The notes beneath the pieces are model-generated. The model was given only the letters and a program-made list of their open reading frames with translations, was not told the DNA's origin and did not search any database. Positions 18,778-28,200 of a stretch of 32,000 nucleotides of DNA are shown piece by piece. The DNA is from Demequinaceae bacterium (GTDB taxonomy: Bacteria; Actinomycetota; Actinomycetes; Actinomycetales; Demequinaceae). Both the position numbers and the translations under genes were made by a program. Numbering within the stretch: the first letter of the stretch is position 1; each line of letters opens with the position of its first letter. Location of the stretch: positions 780,001-812,000 of the forward strand of contig OZ252279.1 of the NCBI GenBank assembly GCA_965250005.1. Reading direction: 5' to 3'.

Positions 18778-19173
18778 CTAGCCCGCTTCCGCAGAGAGCA
18801 GGATGTCGACCTCAACGATCGCGCTCGGTTCAACCACCGCGAAGCCCAAGTTCGGCGCGGTGAGGTCATAGTCCGTGTAGTCGATCTCTATGGTGCCAAC
18901 GACCCGTATCTGGCTACCCTCGCGCTATGCCTCGATACGCGCCGACTCGTCCAGCGAAACGCCGTGGAGCACCATGCTCCCGAGCACGTCAACGGAGATG
19001 GGGCCGTCGTCTAGGTCCGTGATATCCAGCTCAGACGTGAACGTGAAAAGCGCGTCGGGAAAGTCCGCCAGTTCGAGGTGACCGCGAAAGAAGGCATCCC
19101 GCGACTCGTTGCCCGTCTTGACAGTCGCTAGGTCGATGCCTGCTTGCTCGTGGCAAGCCGGAGGGCGCGCGCA
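18778..19173 (-). pseudogene. Degraded YceI-like domain protein (in-frame stop, no N-terminal half)
   Basis: Minus-strand reading: ...GIDLATVKTGNESRDAFFRGHLELADFPDALFTFTSELDITDLDDGPISVDVLGSMVLHGVSLDESARIEA*REGSQIRVVGTIEIDYTDYDLTAPNLGFAVVEPSAIVEVDILLSAEAG*. TAG at 18925-18927 interrupts an otherwise continuous frame; no start or N-terminal part recognised upstream. Confidence 0.65.
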
Positions 19174-19213
19174 TCGCTACGGCAAGGTCGCAGTTTCTTG
19201 AACTCGGCCGGAG

Positions 19214-19816
19214 CTATCTGCTGCCGCGCCGCTTGGTGATGATTTTGCTGAACACGAATCGCGCTACCACGAGCAAAAGGAATCCGGCGACAATGCGCAG
19301 TACCAACGTCGAGTCTCCCGCGTCGACCTGAGCACTCGCGGCGGGCTCGCGCGAACCAGGCGCCCCCTCCGATGGTTCCGCATCGCCGGGTATCGCGTCT
19401 GCCGACGGGTCAGGCGAGTTAGCGGCTGCCGAGGGCTCGCCTGCCGCGCCTGCGACGGTGAATTCGAGCGCACCGTCGATCGGATGCCCGTCGGCCGAAA
19501 CCACGCGCCAGGTGACAACGTACGGTCCGTCGCCAAGGTCCTCCACCGGCGTCACCGCGAGTCCGCCGCTGCGTATCTCTACAGGAGCGGCGGCGCGGTC
19601 GATGCCGTCGGCGTCGACAATCGCAACTGACGCGCCAATGTCGAGAAGCTCTCCTGAAAACGTCAAAGTAACTTCCGTGAGCTCGGCGACGGTCGCCCCC
19701 TGCGTTGGGGTGGACGCGACGAACCCGGTATGCGCGAACGCCGCCGAGCCGGATCCAAATGCGACACCGAGCCCAAGCGCAATTGCCGTCAGCACTTTGA
19801 TCTTGCCTACCGTCAT
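19214..19816 (-). CDS. CopC-domain protein, secreted and anchored by a C-terminal TM segment
   Basis: Signal peptide then AHTGFVASTPTQGATVAELTEVTLTFSGEL...YVVTWRVVSADGHPIDGALEFTV, a P/S/A-rich linker, then TM VLRIVAGFLLLVVARFVF and a basic tail. Confidence 0.85.
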   Translation of the reverse strand: MTVGKIKVLTAIALGLGVAFGSGSAAFAHTGFVASTPTQGATVAELTEVTLTFSGELLDIGASVAIVDADGIDRAAAPVEIRSGGLAVTPVEDLGDGPYVVTWRVVSADGHPIDGALEFTVAGAAGEPSAAANSPDPSADAIPGDAEPSEGAPGSREPAASAQVDAGDSTLVLRIVAGFLLLVVARFVFSKIITKRRGSR

Positions 19817-19898
19817 GCCTCAATCCTGGCACGCGTGCAGGATAAGGTTTCGCAGCGGTGGACGCCGCGATCGCCCAAGGGCACCTGAGCGGGGCAAG

Positions 19899-21080
19899 AT
19901 GGTTGCCATGAAGGTTGCGTTGGTGGCTGAGTCCTTCCTGCCGCATTCCAACGGCGTGACAAACTCTCTGCTGCGCGTGATCGAACATCTCGCCGAGCGA
20001 GGGGATGAAGCGATGGTGATCGCTCCGGAATCGAGCCGCTCCGAAGGGCCCGCGCGCTACGGTATCGCGTCAATTACCCGGGTTCCAGCAATGGGCTGGC
20101 CGGGCTATCGCGACGTGCGCTTGAACCTCAGCGGAGTGGGCAAGATCGCTGACATCCTCGAGAACTACGGCCCCGACGTGGTCCACCTAGCGTCCCCGTT
20201 CACGTTGGGATGGACCGCGATCCGGGCAGCGGACAAGCTGGGGCTGCCGACCGTGGCGGTCTATCAGACCGAGATCCCCTCGTACGCGGGCAAATACCGC
20301 GGGGCCTGGAGTCAGCCACTACTGTGGAACCGTGTGCGCAACATCCACGATCGCGCCACGCTAACGCTCGCGCCGTCCACCTACGCCGTGGCGCAACTCG
20401 AGGACCTGGGAATCGCGCACATCCGACTCTGGCCGCGCGGCGTAGACGCGATTCGCTTCGGCCCCGACAAGCGCAGCGCCGACGTACGCACGCGATTCTC
20501 TCCCCACGGCGAGGTTGTCGTCGGGTACGTGGGACGCCTCGCGCCCGAGAAGCGCGTCGAGGACCTCGCAAGGCTCGCCGCCGTGGACGGCATTTCGGTG
20601 GTCGTTGTGGGAGAGGGCCCCTCGCGCGGCAAACTTGCCGCGAAGCTTCCTGGCGCCACGTTTACGGGGTTCCTGGATGGCGAAGAGCTGGCCGAGGCCG
20701 TCGCGAGTCTCGACGTCTTCGTGCACTGCGGGGAACTCGAAACGTTCTGCCAGACAATTCAGGAGGCGCTCGCCTCAGGTGTCCCGTGCGTCGCGCCGCG
20801 GCGGGGCGGGCCGATCGACCTGATCCAGCACGGAAACACCGGGTTTCTCTACCCGCCGGGAGACTTGGACGCGATGGTCGCAGCCGTCAAAGAGCTTGTC
20901 GACGACGCCCCGATGCGTGCCGAATTCGCACGGCGCGCGCGCACTTCTGTTATCGGCCGCACATGGGACAACGTCTGCACCGCGTTGATCGCCCACTATG
21001 AGGACGCCATCCGCCTTAATGACACGCTTCCCAACCCGCGCTCGGACGGCGCTACGAGTTCCAACAGGGAAGCCTCCTAA
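19899..21080 (+). CDS. GT4-family glycosyltransferase (alpha-mannosyltransferase-like)
   Basis: MVAMKVALVAESFLPHSNGVTNSLLRVIEHLAERGDEAMVIAPE...VGYVGRLAPEKRVEDLARLAAV...VHCGELETFCQTIQEALASGVPCVAPRRGGPIDLI. The start is at 19899 or 19908, not 19458. Confidence 0.85.
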   Translation: MVAMKVALVAESFLPHSNGVTNSLLRVIEHLAERGDEAMVIAPESSRSEGPARYGIASITRVPAMGWPGYRDVRLNLSGVGKIADILENYGPDVVHLASPFTLGWTAIRAADKLGLPTVAVYQTEIPSYAGKYRGAWSQPLLWNRVRNIHDRATLTLAPSTYAVAQLEDLGIAHIRLWPRGVDAIRFGPDKRSADVRTRFSPHGEVVVGYVGRLAPEKRVEDLARLAAVDGISVVVVGEGPSRGKLAAKLPGATFTGFLDGEELAEAVASLDVFVHCGELETFCQTIQEALASGVPCVAPRRGGPIDLIQHGNTGFLYPPGDLDAMVAAVKELVDDAPMRAEFARRARTSVIGRTWDNVCTALIAHYEDAIRLNDTLPNPRSDGATSSNREAS

Positions 21081-22213
21081 TGCGGATCGCGCACGTCGCC
21101 AACTTCTACGGCCCTACGTCAGGGGGCCTTCGCACCGCGATCCATGCTCTCGGCAGCGGCTACTCCCAGCGGGGCCACGAGTTTCTCATGATCGTCCCGG
21201 GCGTCGTCGACTCGGACAAGCAGACCGAATTCGGCCGCCGCGTGACGGTGCGCGCACCCGTGATTCCGTTCACCGGCGGGTACCGCGTGATCCTGCGCAT
21301 CCGGCGCGTGCGCGCGGTGCTCACCCAGTTCGATCCGCACCGGCTGGAAGTATCAGATCGGACCACCTTGCACGGACTTGGCGGCTGGGCGGCCAAGCGA
21401 GGGCTGCGATCGACCTTCTTCAGCCACGAGCGCGCCGACGGGATCCTCCGCGCGAACATCCCGCGATGGCTTCACGTGACTGTCCCCATCACCTGGCTTG
21501 TGAATGTTCACAATCGAGGGACGGCAAAGAGGTTTAGTACGGTCGTGTGCACCACGGGGTACGCGGCCGTGGAGTTCGACCGCCTGCACCTGCCGTCGGC
21601 GCGCGTGCCGCTCGGCGTGGACCTCGAAGCGTTCAATCCCGAGCGTTTCGACGCGCGCGTACGGGAGCGCTACGCCGCAGAAGGCGAGGCGCTCGTGGTG
21701 ATGGCGAGCAGACTGTCGAAGGAAAAGAGGCCCGGCCTGGCCATCGAGGCGGTGCGCAAACTTGCCGACGAGGGTGTCGCGATCCGACTCGTGAGCGCGG
21801 GAACGGGCGCAATCGCCCGGCAGGTCGAAAGCGATGCTCGCGGCGCTCCCGTGACGTTCCTCGGCTTCGTGGACGGGCGCGGTGACTACGCGGCCCTACT
21901 GGCATCGGCCGATGTGCTCGTAGCGCCGGGGCCCATCGAGACCTTCGGACTTGCGGCGCTCGAAGCGCTCGCTTCGGGCACGCCCGCCGTCGTGAATTCT
22001 CAGAGCGCACTCCCCGAGGTGGTCGGTGACGCGGGGGCCATCGCCGCGCCCTCTGCCGCGGGTTTCACCGCCGGGCTCCGCGAGGTTCTGGCGCGAGATC
22101 CAGTGGAGCGTCGAGCTGCGGCACGGACGCGTGCCGAGCAGTTTCCGTGGAGCGCCACGGTCGAGCGCATGCTCGCGATCTACGGTTCCGACGACCACCG
22201 GCCCGGCGAGTAG
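21080..22213 (+). CDS. GT4-family glycosyltransferase
   Basis: MRIAHVANFYGPTSGGLRTAIHALGSGYSQRGHEFLMIVPG...VVMASRLSKEKRPGLAIEAVRKL...VLVAPGPIETFGLAALEALASGTPAVV; start overlaps the upstream stop (TAATG). Confidence 0.85.
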   Translation: MRIAHVANFYGPTSGGLRTAIHALGSGYSQRGHEFLMIVPGVVDSDKQTEFGRRVTVRAPVIPFTGGYRVILRIRRVRAVLTQFDPHRLEVSDRTTLHGLGGWAAKRGLRSTFFSHERADGILRANIPRWLHVTVPITWLVNVHNRGTAKRFSTVVCTTGYAAVEFDRLHLPSARVPLGVDLEAFNPERFDARVRERYAAEGEALVVMASRLSKEKRPGLAIEAVRKLADEGVAIRLVSAGTGAIARQVESDARGAPVTFLGFVDGRGDYAALLASADVLVAPGPIETFGLAALEALASGTPAVVNSQSALPEVVGDAGAIAAPSAAGFTAGLREVLARDPVERRAAARTRAEQFPWSATVERMLAIYGSDDHRPGE

Positions 22214-22222
22214 TCGCGGGCG

Positions 22223-24169
22223 CTAAGCCCCGATGTAGCAGTAGTAGACGATCCCGAACGCGATCCACGGCAAGAGCAGCCACGGTGCGATGAAGCACCA
22301 CATCTGCCACGACGTTCGCCGGATGCGCCAGAACCACCAGGCGAGGAACGCGATGCCCACTACGGGCAGCACCCACCACCAGCCGGGTCCGACCCACCAC
22401 CACCACACAAACACCCAAGCGATGGTGGCGCCAAAGGCAACCCACATCCACGACCGCCACCATGGGCGGCGCAGCGCGTGCGCGTACAGGTAGAGCCCGA
22501 CCCACGGCAGCCAGAAGACGCCCAAGAAGATCGCGCTCCACCACATCGACCAGGCCGGGACAGCACTCTGCCACTGCAGGGCGAGGATGACGACGACAAC
22601 CTGAACGCCCGCCCAAATCGCCGCGGCGCGCCTGAACCACGGGCGCCACCAGCTCGGCTGGTGAGTTGCGGCCCAATCGACCAACAGCCACAGCGCAACA
22701 ATCCACGGTATGAGCAGCCCCCACGACCATCCCCACCCGCTGACGAGCGTGAAAACGAACGTGAATAGCCACACGGGGATCCAGAAGAATATGAGGAGGA
22801 ACCACAGCGTCCACCAACTCCACCACGAGGCCGTGCTCCACCACACGCGCACGATGCCGACCTCGACGAGTACGAAGAGAGCGACGAGCAGCCAGCACCA
22901 CCACAAGTCCCAGAAGAGGTTTCCCCAAATCAGCCACGGCAACCACAACCAGGGAAGGAAGAACAGCAGCGTGGACCGCGAGGCGGCCCAACCACCTGCG
23001 TTGGCCCGCCAGAACCACCACAGAACAGCGACGCCGAAAACTGGCAGCAACCACGCCCACAGGTGCCACGTGGCCCACACGAATACCCCCGCGCCCACGA
23101 CGGCGAACGCCTGCCACGCCCAGGTGCGCCACCACGGCAGGCGGCTCGCGACGAAGCGCGCATAGAACAGCGCCGGCACCAGCCAGAAAACTGTGAGCAG
23201 CAAGCCCGCGGTCAGCCACCAACTGGTTGACCCCCAAATGAGGAGCGCGATCGCTGCCGCTGTCCACGCGCCGAGCGCCAGCCACAGCGAACTGGGCTTG
23301 GGCCCCGCCCGCCTCAGCGAGAGGACCCACGGCAGCGGCACCAAGAAGGCAAACGGCACCCACCACCAGCCCGGCATGGCAACACCGGCACCAGTGATCC
23401 CGTACGTGAAGCCGTAGACGAGGAAGGGCACCCACACGAGGTGCAGGATTGCCCCCCAGAGCGACCAGCGCCACCACGACGCGGTCCGCCACCACACGAC
23501 AACCGCGCACAGGAAGACGAAGACGATGAAGAGCTTGAGGCCCCAGCACCACCAGCAGGTCGTGCTCGACGAGGTGCCACCTGATTCCGTTGCTTCGTCG
23601 GCCGCGGAGGTGGTCCCCGGCTCGCTAGTGGTCTCGGGCTCGGAGGTGGTTTCGGGCTCGGCAACGGTCTCGGGCTCCGAGGGAGTCTCCGCGCCCGGCG
23701 CAGAGCGCGGTACGCCTAAACCGTCGAATATGCAGATCGATACTGGCAATCCGGTCGCCATCGAGAAGGCGATGACCTCGATGGTGTCGCTTTCGACCAA
23801 GCTCGTCAGGCGGTCCGGCGGCATCTCTATCGAACAACCTGTGGCGTCTCGACACTGAGTACCGGAATCTTCGGCGTAGCCCCCGTGTACCGCCTGCCCG
23901 TTGACAAAGACTTCGATCTGCAGCGGGAGGAGGGCGCGGACATCGACCGTGTTGCTCGCCAGGATGATTTCTACCTGCTGGCCGATTGGCAACTCACTTG
24001 TGAGTTCGCCGGTTTCCCAGTTGTAAAACTCCCAGGTGAAGTCGTCGGTCGCCGGGTCTGTGAGGGTGCTGGCGTGAGCTGCGCCGGAGAACAACAGCGG
24101 CGCGGCGACGGCAACGAGCGCGGCGAGCAGCCATCTTCGAAGTGTCGTCAGGCGCGTGGTCTTCAGCAC
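22223..24169 (-). CDS. Trp-rich polytopic membrane protein with a secreted N-terminal domain
   Basis: 648 aa from GTG 24169, with GGGGAGGG SD upstream. Signal peptide (TTLRRWLLAALVAVAAPLLFSGAAHA), domain of about 120 aa, acidic P/T/E linker (SEPETVAEPETTSEPETTSEPGTTS), then about 440 residues of multi-TM sequence with extremely frequent WW/WWW motifs. Uninterrupted frame; converges on the upstream glycosyltransferase gene with a 9-bp gap. Confidence 0.8.
   Translation of the reverse strand: MLKTTRLTTLRRWLLAALVAVAAPLLFSGAAHASTLTDPATDDFTWEFYNWETGELTSELPIGQQVEIILASNTVDVRALLPLQIEVFVNGQAVHGGYAEDSGTQCRDATGCSIEMPPDRLTSLVESDTIEVIAFSMATGLPVSICIFDGLGVPRSAPGAETPSEPETVAEPETTSEPETTSEPGTTSAADEATESGGTSSSTTCWWCWGLKLFIVFVFLCAVVVWWRTASWWRWSLWGAILHLVWVPFLVYGFTYGITGAGVAMPGWWWVPFAFLVPLPWVLSLRRAGPKPSSLWLALGAWTAAAIALLIWGSTSWWLTAGLLLTVFWLVPALFYARFVASRLPWWRTWAWQAFAVVGAGVFVWATWHLWAWLLPVFGVAVLWWFWRANAGGWAASRSTLLFFLPWLWLPWLIWGNLFWDLWWCWLLVALFVLVEVGIVRVWWSTASWWSWWTLWFLLIFFWIPVWLFTFVFTLVSGWGWSWGLLIPWIVALWLLVDWAATHQPSWWRPWFRRAAAIWAGVQVVVVILALQWQSAVPAWSMWWSAIFLGVFWLPWVGLYLYAHALRRPWWRSWMWVAFGATIAWVFVWWWWVGPGWWWVLPVVGIAFLAWWFWRIRRTSWQMWCFIAPWLLLPWIAFGIVYYCYIGA
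22226..23521 (-). repeat. Internal tandem duplication (two units of about 217-227 aa) in the Trp-rich protein
   Basis: Unit 1 VWWRTASWWRWSLWGAILHLVWVPFLVYGF / RLPWWRTWAWQAF / LPVFGVAVLWWFWR / LPWLWLPWLIWG aligns in order with unit 2 VWWSTASWWSWWTLWFLLIFFWIPVWLFTF / RRPWWRSWMWVAF / LPVVGIAFLAWWFWR / APWLLLPWIAFG. Confidence 0.75.
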
Positions 24170-24309
24170 GTTGCTACCCTCCCCAGGTTCGCAAGCCTTA
24201 GTTAACCGTAGGACCGCGGCCATGTCTAGAGTGAGATCGTCCTGCGCGCCAATGGCGGACGGAAGGAGAACGGGTTCATCGACTTGGTCAGGGTTCTAAA
24301 GAGCCCGTC

Positions 24310-24750
24310 ATGGTGGACCTCTCTGAAGCTGACTCGAACAAATGGAACAAGCTTGTGGCCCACCTCTCGAAACCTCAGGCTACCCCTGTCGTGGAGGGAG
24401 GCGTCGCGCTCGCGGCTCAGCCTGGTTCGAAACAGATCCAACGACGTTTCACCGAAGCGGAAGAACTCCTGGTAATCGCCGACTACAAGGCGGGCGGCAC
24501 CGTCTACTCTCTCGCGGCCAAGCACGGATGCCACCGCACGACGATCAGTCGCATATTGAGGTCGAGCAAGATTCGGCTCGCAAATTCACCGACCGACCCT
24601 GCCACAGTCGATGAAATCGTTCGACTTTACGAATCGGGGCTCTCAATGAGCAAGGTTGCTCAACGGGTAGGCGTCTCCGCGAAGACTGTTCTCAACGTGT
24701 TGCGCAAGCGACGGATACCAACACGGGATGCACATGGCCGCAAACGCTAA
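24310..24750 (+). CDS. Orphan protein with two tandem helix-turn-helix segments
   Basis: 146 aa: ...FTEAEELLVIADYKAGGTVYSLAAKHGCHRTTISRILRSSKI...DPATVDEIVRLYESGLSMSKVAQRVGVSAKTVLNVLRKRRIPTRDAHGRKR. Both halves match recombinase/transposase-type HTH patterns; no catalytic domain. Confidence 0.7.
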   Translation: MVDLSEADSNKWNKLVAHLSKPQATPVVEGGVALAAQPGSKQIQRRFTEAEELLVIADYKAGGTVYSLAAKHGCHRTTISRILRSSKIRLANSPTDPATVDEIVRLYESGLSMSKVAQRVGVSAKTVLNVLRKRRIPTRDAHGRKR

Positions 24751-25239
24751 CGAGAGTCTCGTACGCAGTCGGCGGGGCTGGTCAGCCGGTACTGGATCGC
24801 TTTCTTGAGCTGTGTGAGGCGAGTGTTTCTTCAGGACGGCCAATTGAATTTGTGTGAGTGCGTTCAGGGGTCACTGGATGCCTCGGGTTAGCCGTGCCAG
24901 TTGCGGCCCAGGCATATAGGTCTCGCTAAATATGGCGTTCTACTGAGGCGTCGATATGAATTGCAGTCCGACACCTGAACCTTGTTCGACGCGTTCGGGG
25001 CCACCTGAGTTGTCCACAGAAGCCTGATAGTCGCGGCGTTTGGGTTGTGGCATTGGTCACGGATTGAAGCGTTTCGGGGCCCCAAAGTAAGCGCATATGG
25101 CGCAAAATGGTGCAAACCTGCGTGCCCATTCAATCGAGTGTTTTGATTTCAACAAGACAAATTTGGTGATCTCTGCCATGTTCTTGTCAACACTTTCACT
25201 CGAGTTACCTGGGCTAACGCCCGTCCCTGAAGGGGATAC

Positions 25240-28200
25240 ATGCACACCGTCGCGCGCTCAATCCTGACCGCAATGCTTACCGCCGCGCTCGCCATTGGCG
25301 TCGTCACCCCGGTCTACGCCGTAGACGACTCACTCCTCCTTGAGGGCGAGTCCACCACCATCGCTCTGCCCGATGGCGGCGAGGCCGACTTCAACGTGGT
25401 TGACCAGGCTACGGACGGCGCGAGTGTCGAGGCCGAGCCAATCGCCGTTGAGGGCGCGACCGCGGAGACCATCGATGGAGACGTGTTCGCCTTAAGCGAC
25501 GGCGTCTCGATTGTCGCCACCGACGCTGCGGGCGAGGACATCTCAGATTTCGAGCACGACGTGACGATTGTCGAGGCCACCGAGGACACCCCGGCTTACG
25601 TCTCTGAGTTCATCCCCGCGATCGAGCTGACATTCCCCATCTCAGAAGAGCAGCTCGCTGAGGTCGACGTCGCGTCGCTCGGCGTGTACTCACGCGAATC
25701 CGAGGACGACGAGTGGCAATGGGTGCCCTCGGCGTACGACGCCGAGCTCGGTGCCGTCGTGGCGCAGTCCGACCACCTGAGCGAGTTCACGGTCATGGCG
25801 GCCCCGGCCGCAGTCGCGCCGGACCCGACCGTGCCGCGCATTGCGCTCGACCCGGACGACGCGCTGGGCAAGGCCCTCTGGAACGGCACCGTCTACAACG
25901 AGCTTCAGTTCAGCCACGCTGTCGCAACCGCCGTCAAGGCCAGGCTCGAGAACGAATGCTTGGCAGAAGTCCTCATCACCCGCAATTCCTCGACGGCATT
26001 TGTTGCGCGGACCACTCGCTCAAACCGCATCCGGAACTTCGACGCGGATATCGCGATGACCCTCGCATTCAATAACTACAACACCGCGTCAGACGGCATC
26101 GCCCGCCCGTGGGGTATCAGCAGGGACGGCGGAGTGGTCGCGTGGTCCGCGAGCAACAGCGCGAGCACCCGGCTGGGTAACAACACCAAGACTCAGATTG
26201 TGAACTGGACGGGGCGCCCCGACCGCCGCGGGCTCAACCCTCCAAGTTCGGTGTTGCCTTACAGCCAGCTCGTCGGGTCGGCCCCGGCGTACGCACACGC
26301 AGAACTCCTGTTCCTCAGCCACAACTACGACTGGCCGATTATCAGCACGCGGCTTGATTTGGTGACCGACGCTGTGTACTCCAGCATCATTCAGCAAATC
26401 GAAGCAACGGGCGGGATCGCCTGCGCCGAGCCCGTGACGCTGCCGACGCCGCCCACGCAAGACGTGCTCGACGATCTCGCTCAGCTGGGCCAGAACAACT
26501 ACCAGATTTACGGCACGGACCCGGTCAACCTCGCGACAGGGAACTTCCTCGCCTCAGAAGAGGTGTTCACCCTCTCTGGCGTCGGCGACCAGGTCATCGA
26601 CCTGACCCTCGCCTACAACGCGCTCGACGGCCGCGTTTCACCGGTTGGCAACGGTTGGAACTTCGGGTATTCGTCCCGGGCGCAGTTGTATGACAACGGC
26701 GCTGTCATGGCGATCCTCGCGGACGGTCGCAGCGTGTACTTCGAGTCCGACGGCGCCGGCGGCTTTGCAACGCCCGCGGGTGCGCGCAGCACCCTTGCCG
26801 CAGTCGAGGGCGGAGCCGTGCTGACCTTTGCCGACAATACGTCGCTTGAGTTCACGTTCGATGAGGAGTCTGGGTATGGAACGTTGGCCCGCGCGGTGGA
26901 CCGCCAGGGCAACGCGTACACGCTGGTTTATGGACCGCTCGCGGAGGCCGCGGAGGGCGGGTACACGTTCCCGCCGTTGCAGAGCATCACGGACCAGGCT
27001 GGCCAGACGGTCGCGGTCCAGTCCACCCCCGAGGGTCGCATCACCGGATTCACGCATCCGGATGGCCGTCAGTGGACCCTCGCCTACGACGCCGCGGGCA
27101 ACCTGACGTCCATCTCGGATGGCGCGAACCGCACCCGCTCCTTCGCGTACAACGCGGGCGGTCTGCTTGAGGTTGTCACCGGAGCCGACGGCGTGGCCGA
27201 GCTAACCAACGTGTTCGACACCGAGCAGCGTGTGGTCATCCAGACTGATGGTGCGGGCTACATCCGCACCATTGCCTACGGCCCTAACCGTGAAACCACG
27301 CTCACCGATGCCCTAGGCAACGCGAGCACGCTGAGCCACAACGACAAGAACCAGGTGGTCCGGGCCCTCGACGCCGAGGGCGGTGTGACGCTTAACGGTT
27401 ACGACGACAACTACAACCCGAACACGTCGACTGACGCGAACGGCAACGTCTTCACATCGGAATTCGACGTCTACGGTCGCGTGAAGTCGTCCACCAACGC
27501 TCTGGGCGAGACCACCACATATGGTTACAACCCCCGCGGCGACCTGGTGTCCATCAGCAGCCCTGACCCGAACGGCGGCACCGCTACCACCAGTTTTGTC
27601 CTCAACGAGGACGGCCGCGCAACCGAGACTCACCTGCCGGACGGCACCGTCACGTATGCGTCCTTCGACGCGCACGGCGATATGACAAGCATCACGGATG
27701 CGACCGGCGGCGTGACCACTATGGCCTACGACTGGCGGGGAAACTCTGTCACCTCTACGGATGCGCTGGGCCACGTCACGGCACGTACGTACGACCTGGC
27801 GAACCGCCTCACGTCGGTCACCGACGCGAAGGGCGCCCTGACCACTCTTGCGTACGACGCTGCCGATAACCTGATCAGCACCCTCGACGCCCTCGGCGGC
27901 GTCGCCACGTTTGTTTATGACGTCAACGACTCGCTCGTGAGTGAAACTAACGAGGCTGGCGAAACAGCAACCTACGAATACAACGTCAACCTCCAGCTCA
28001 CCGCAGCGAACCGCGCCGACGGCTCACGCATCGAATATTTGTACGACGCGGAGCACCGCATGGTCGCGCAGACCAACCCGGACGGCACGCGCCGCACGTG
28101 GGAGTACGACGGCCTGGGCCGCGCCACCGTCATGGTGGACGAGGCAGGCGCACGCTGGCTCACGGAGTACGACGCGATCGGCAACCCCGTCGCTTCCATC

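Noticed and set aside
19458-19898. N-terminal extension of the first glycosyltransferase (540-aa ORF)
   Set aside because: Antisense to the copC-like gene; canonical GT4 N-terminus begins at MKVALVAESFLPHSNG.
22065-23552. 495-aa minus-strand ORF overlapping the Trp-rich gene in another frame
   Set aside because: Val/Arg/Gly-rich alternate frame with no signal peptide or domain. The 22223..24169 frame has an SD, signal peptide and internal duplicated structure, and the alternate ORF runs into the neighbouring glycosyltransferase gene.
24226-24534. 102-aa minus-strand ORF opposite the HTH gene
   Set aside because: Overlaps the plausible HTH coding sequence antisense; no motif, signal peptide or SD recognised.
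25079-25088. ggggcccc palindrome flanked by ttt/aaa upstream of the RHS gene
   Set aside because: No loop, so it cannot form a normal terminator hairpin; likely chance.
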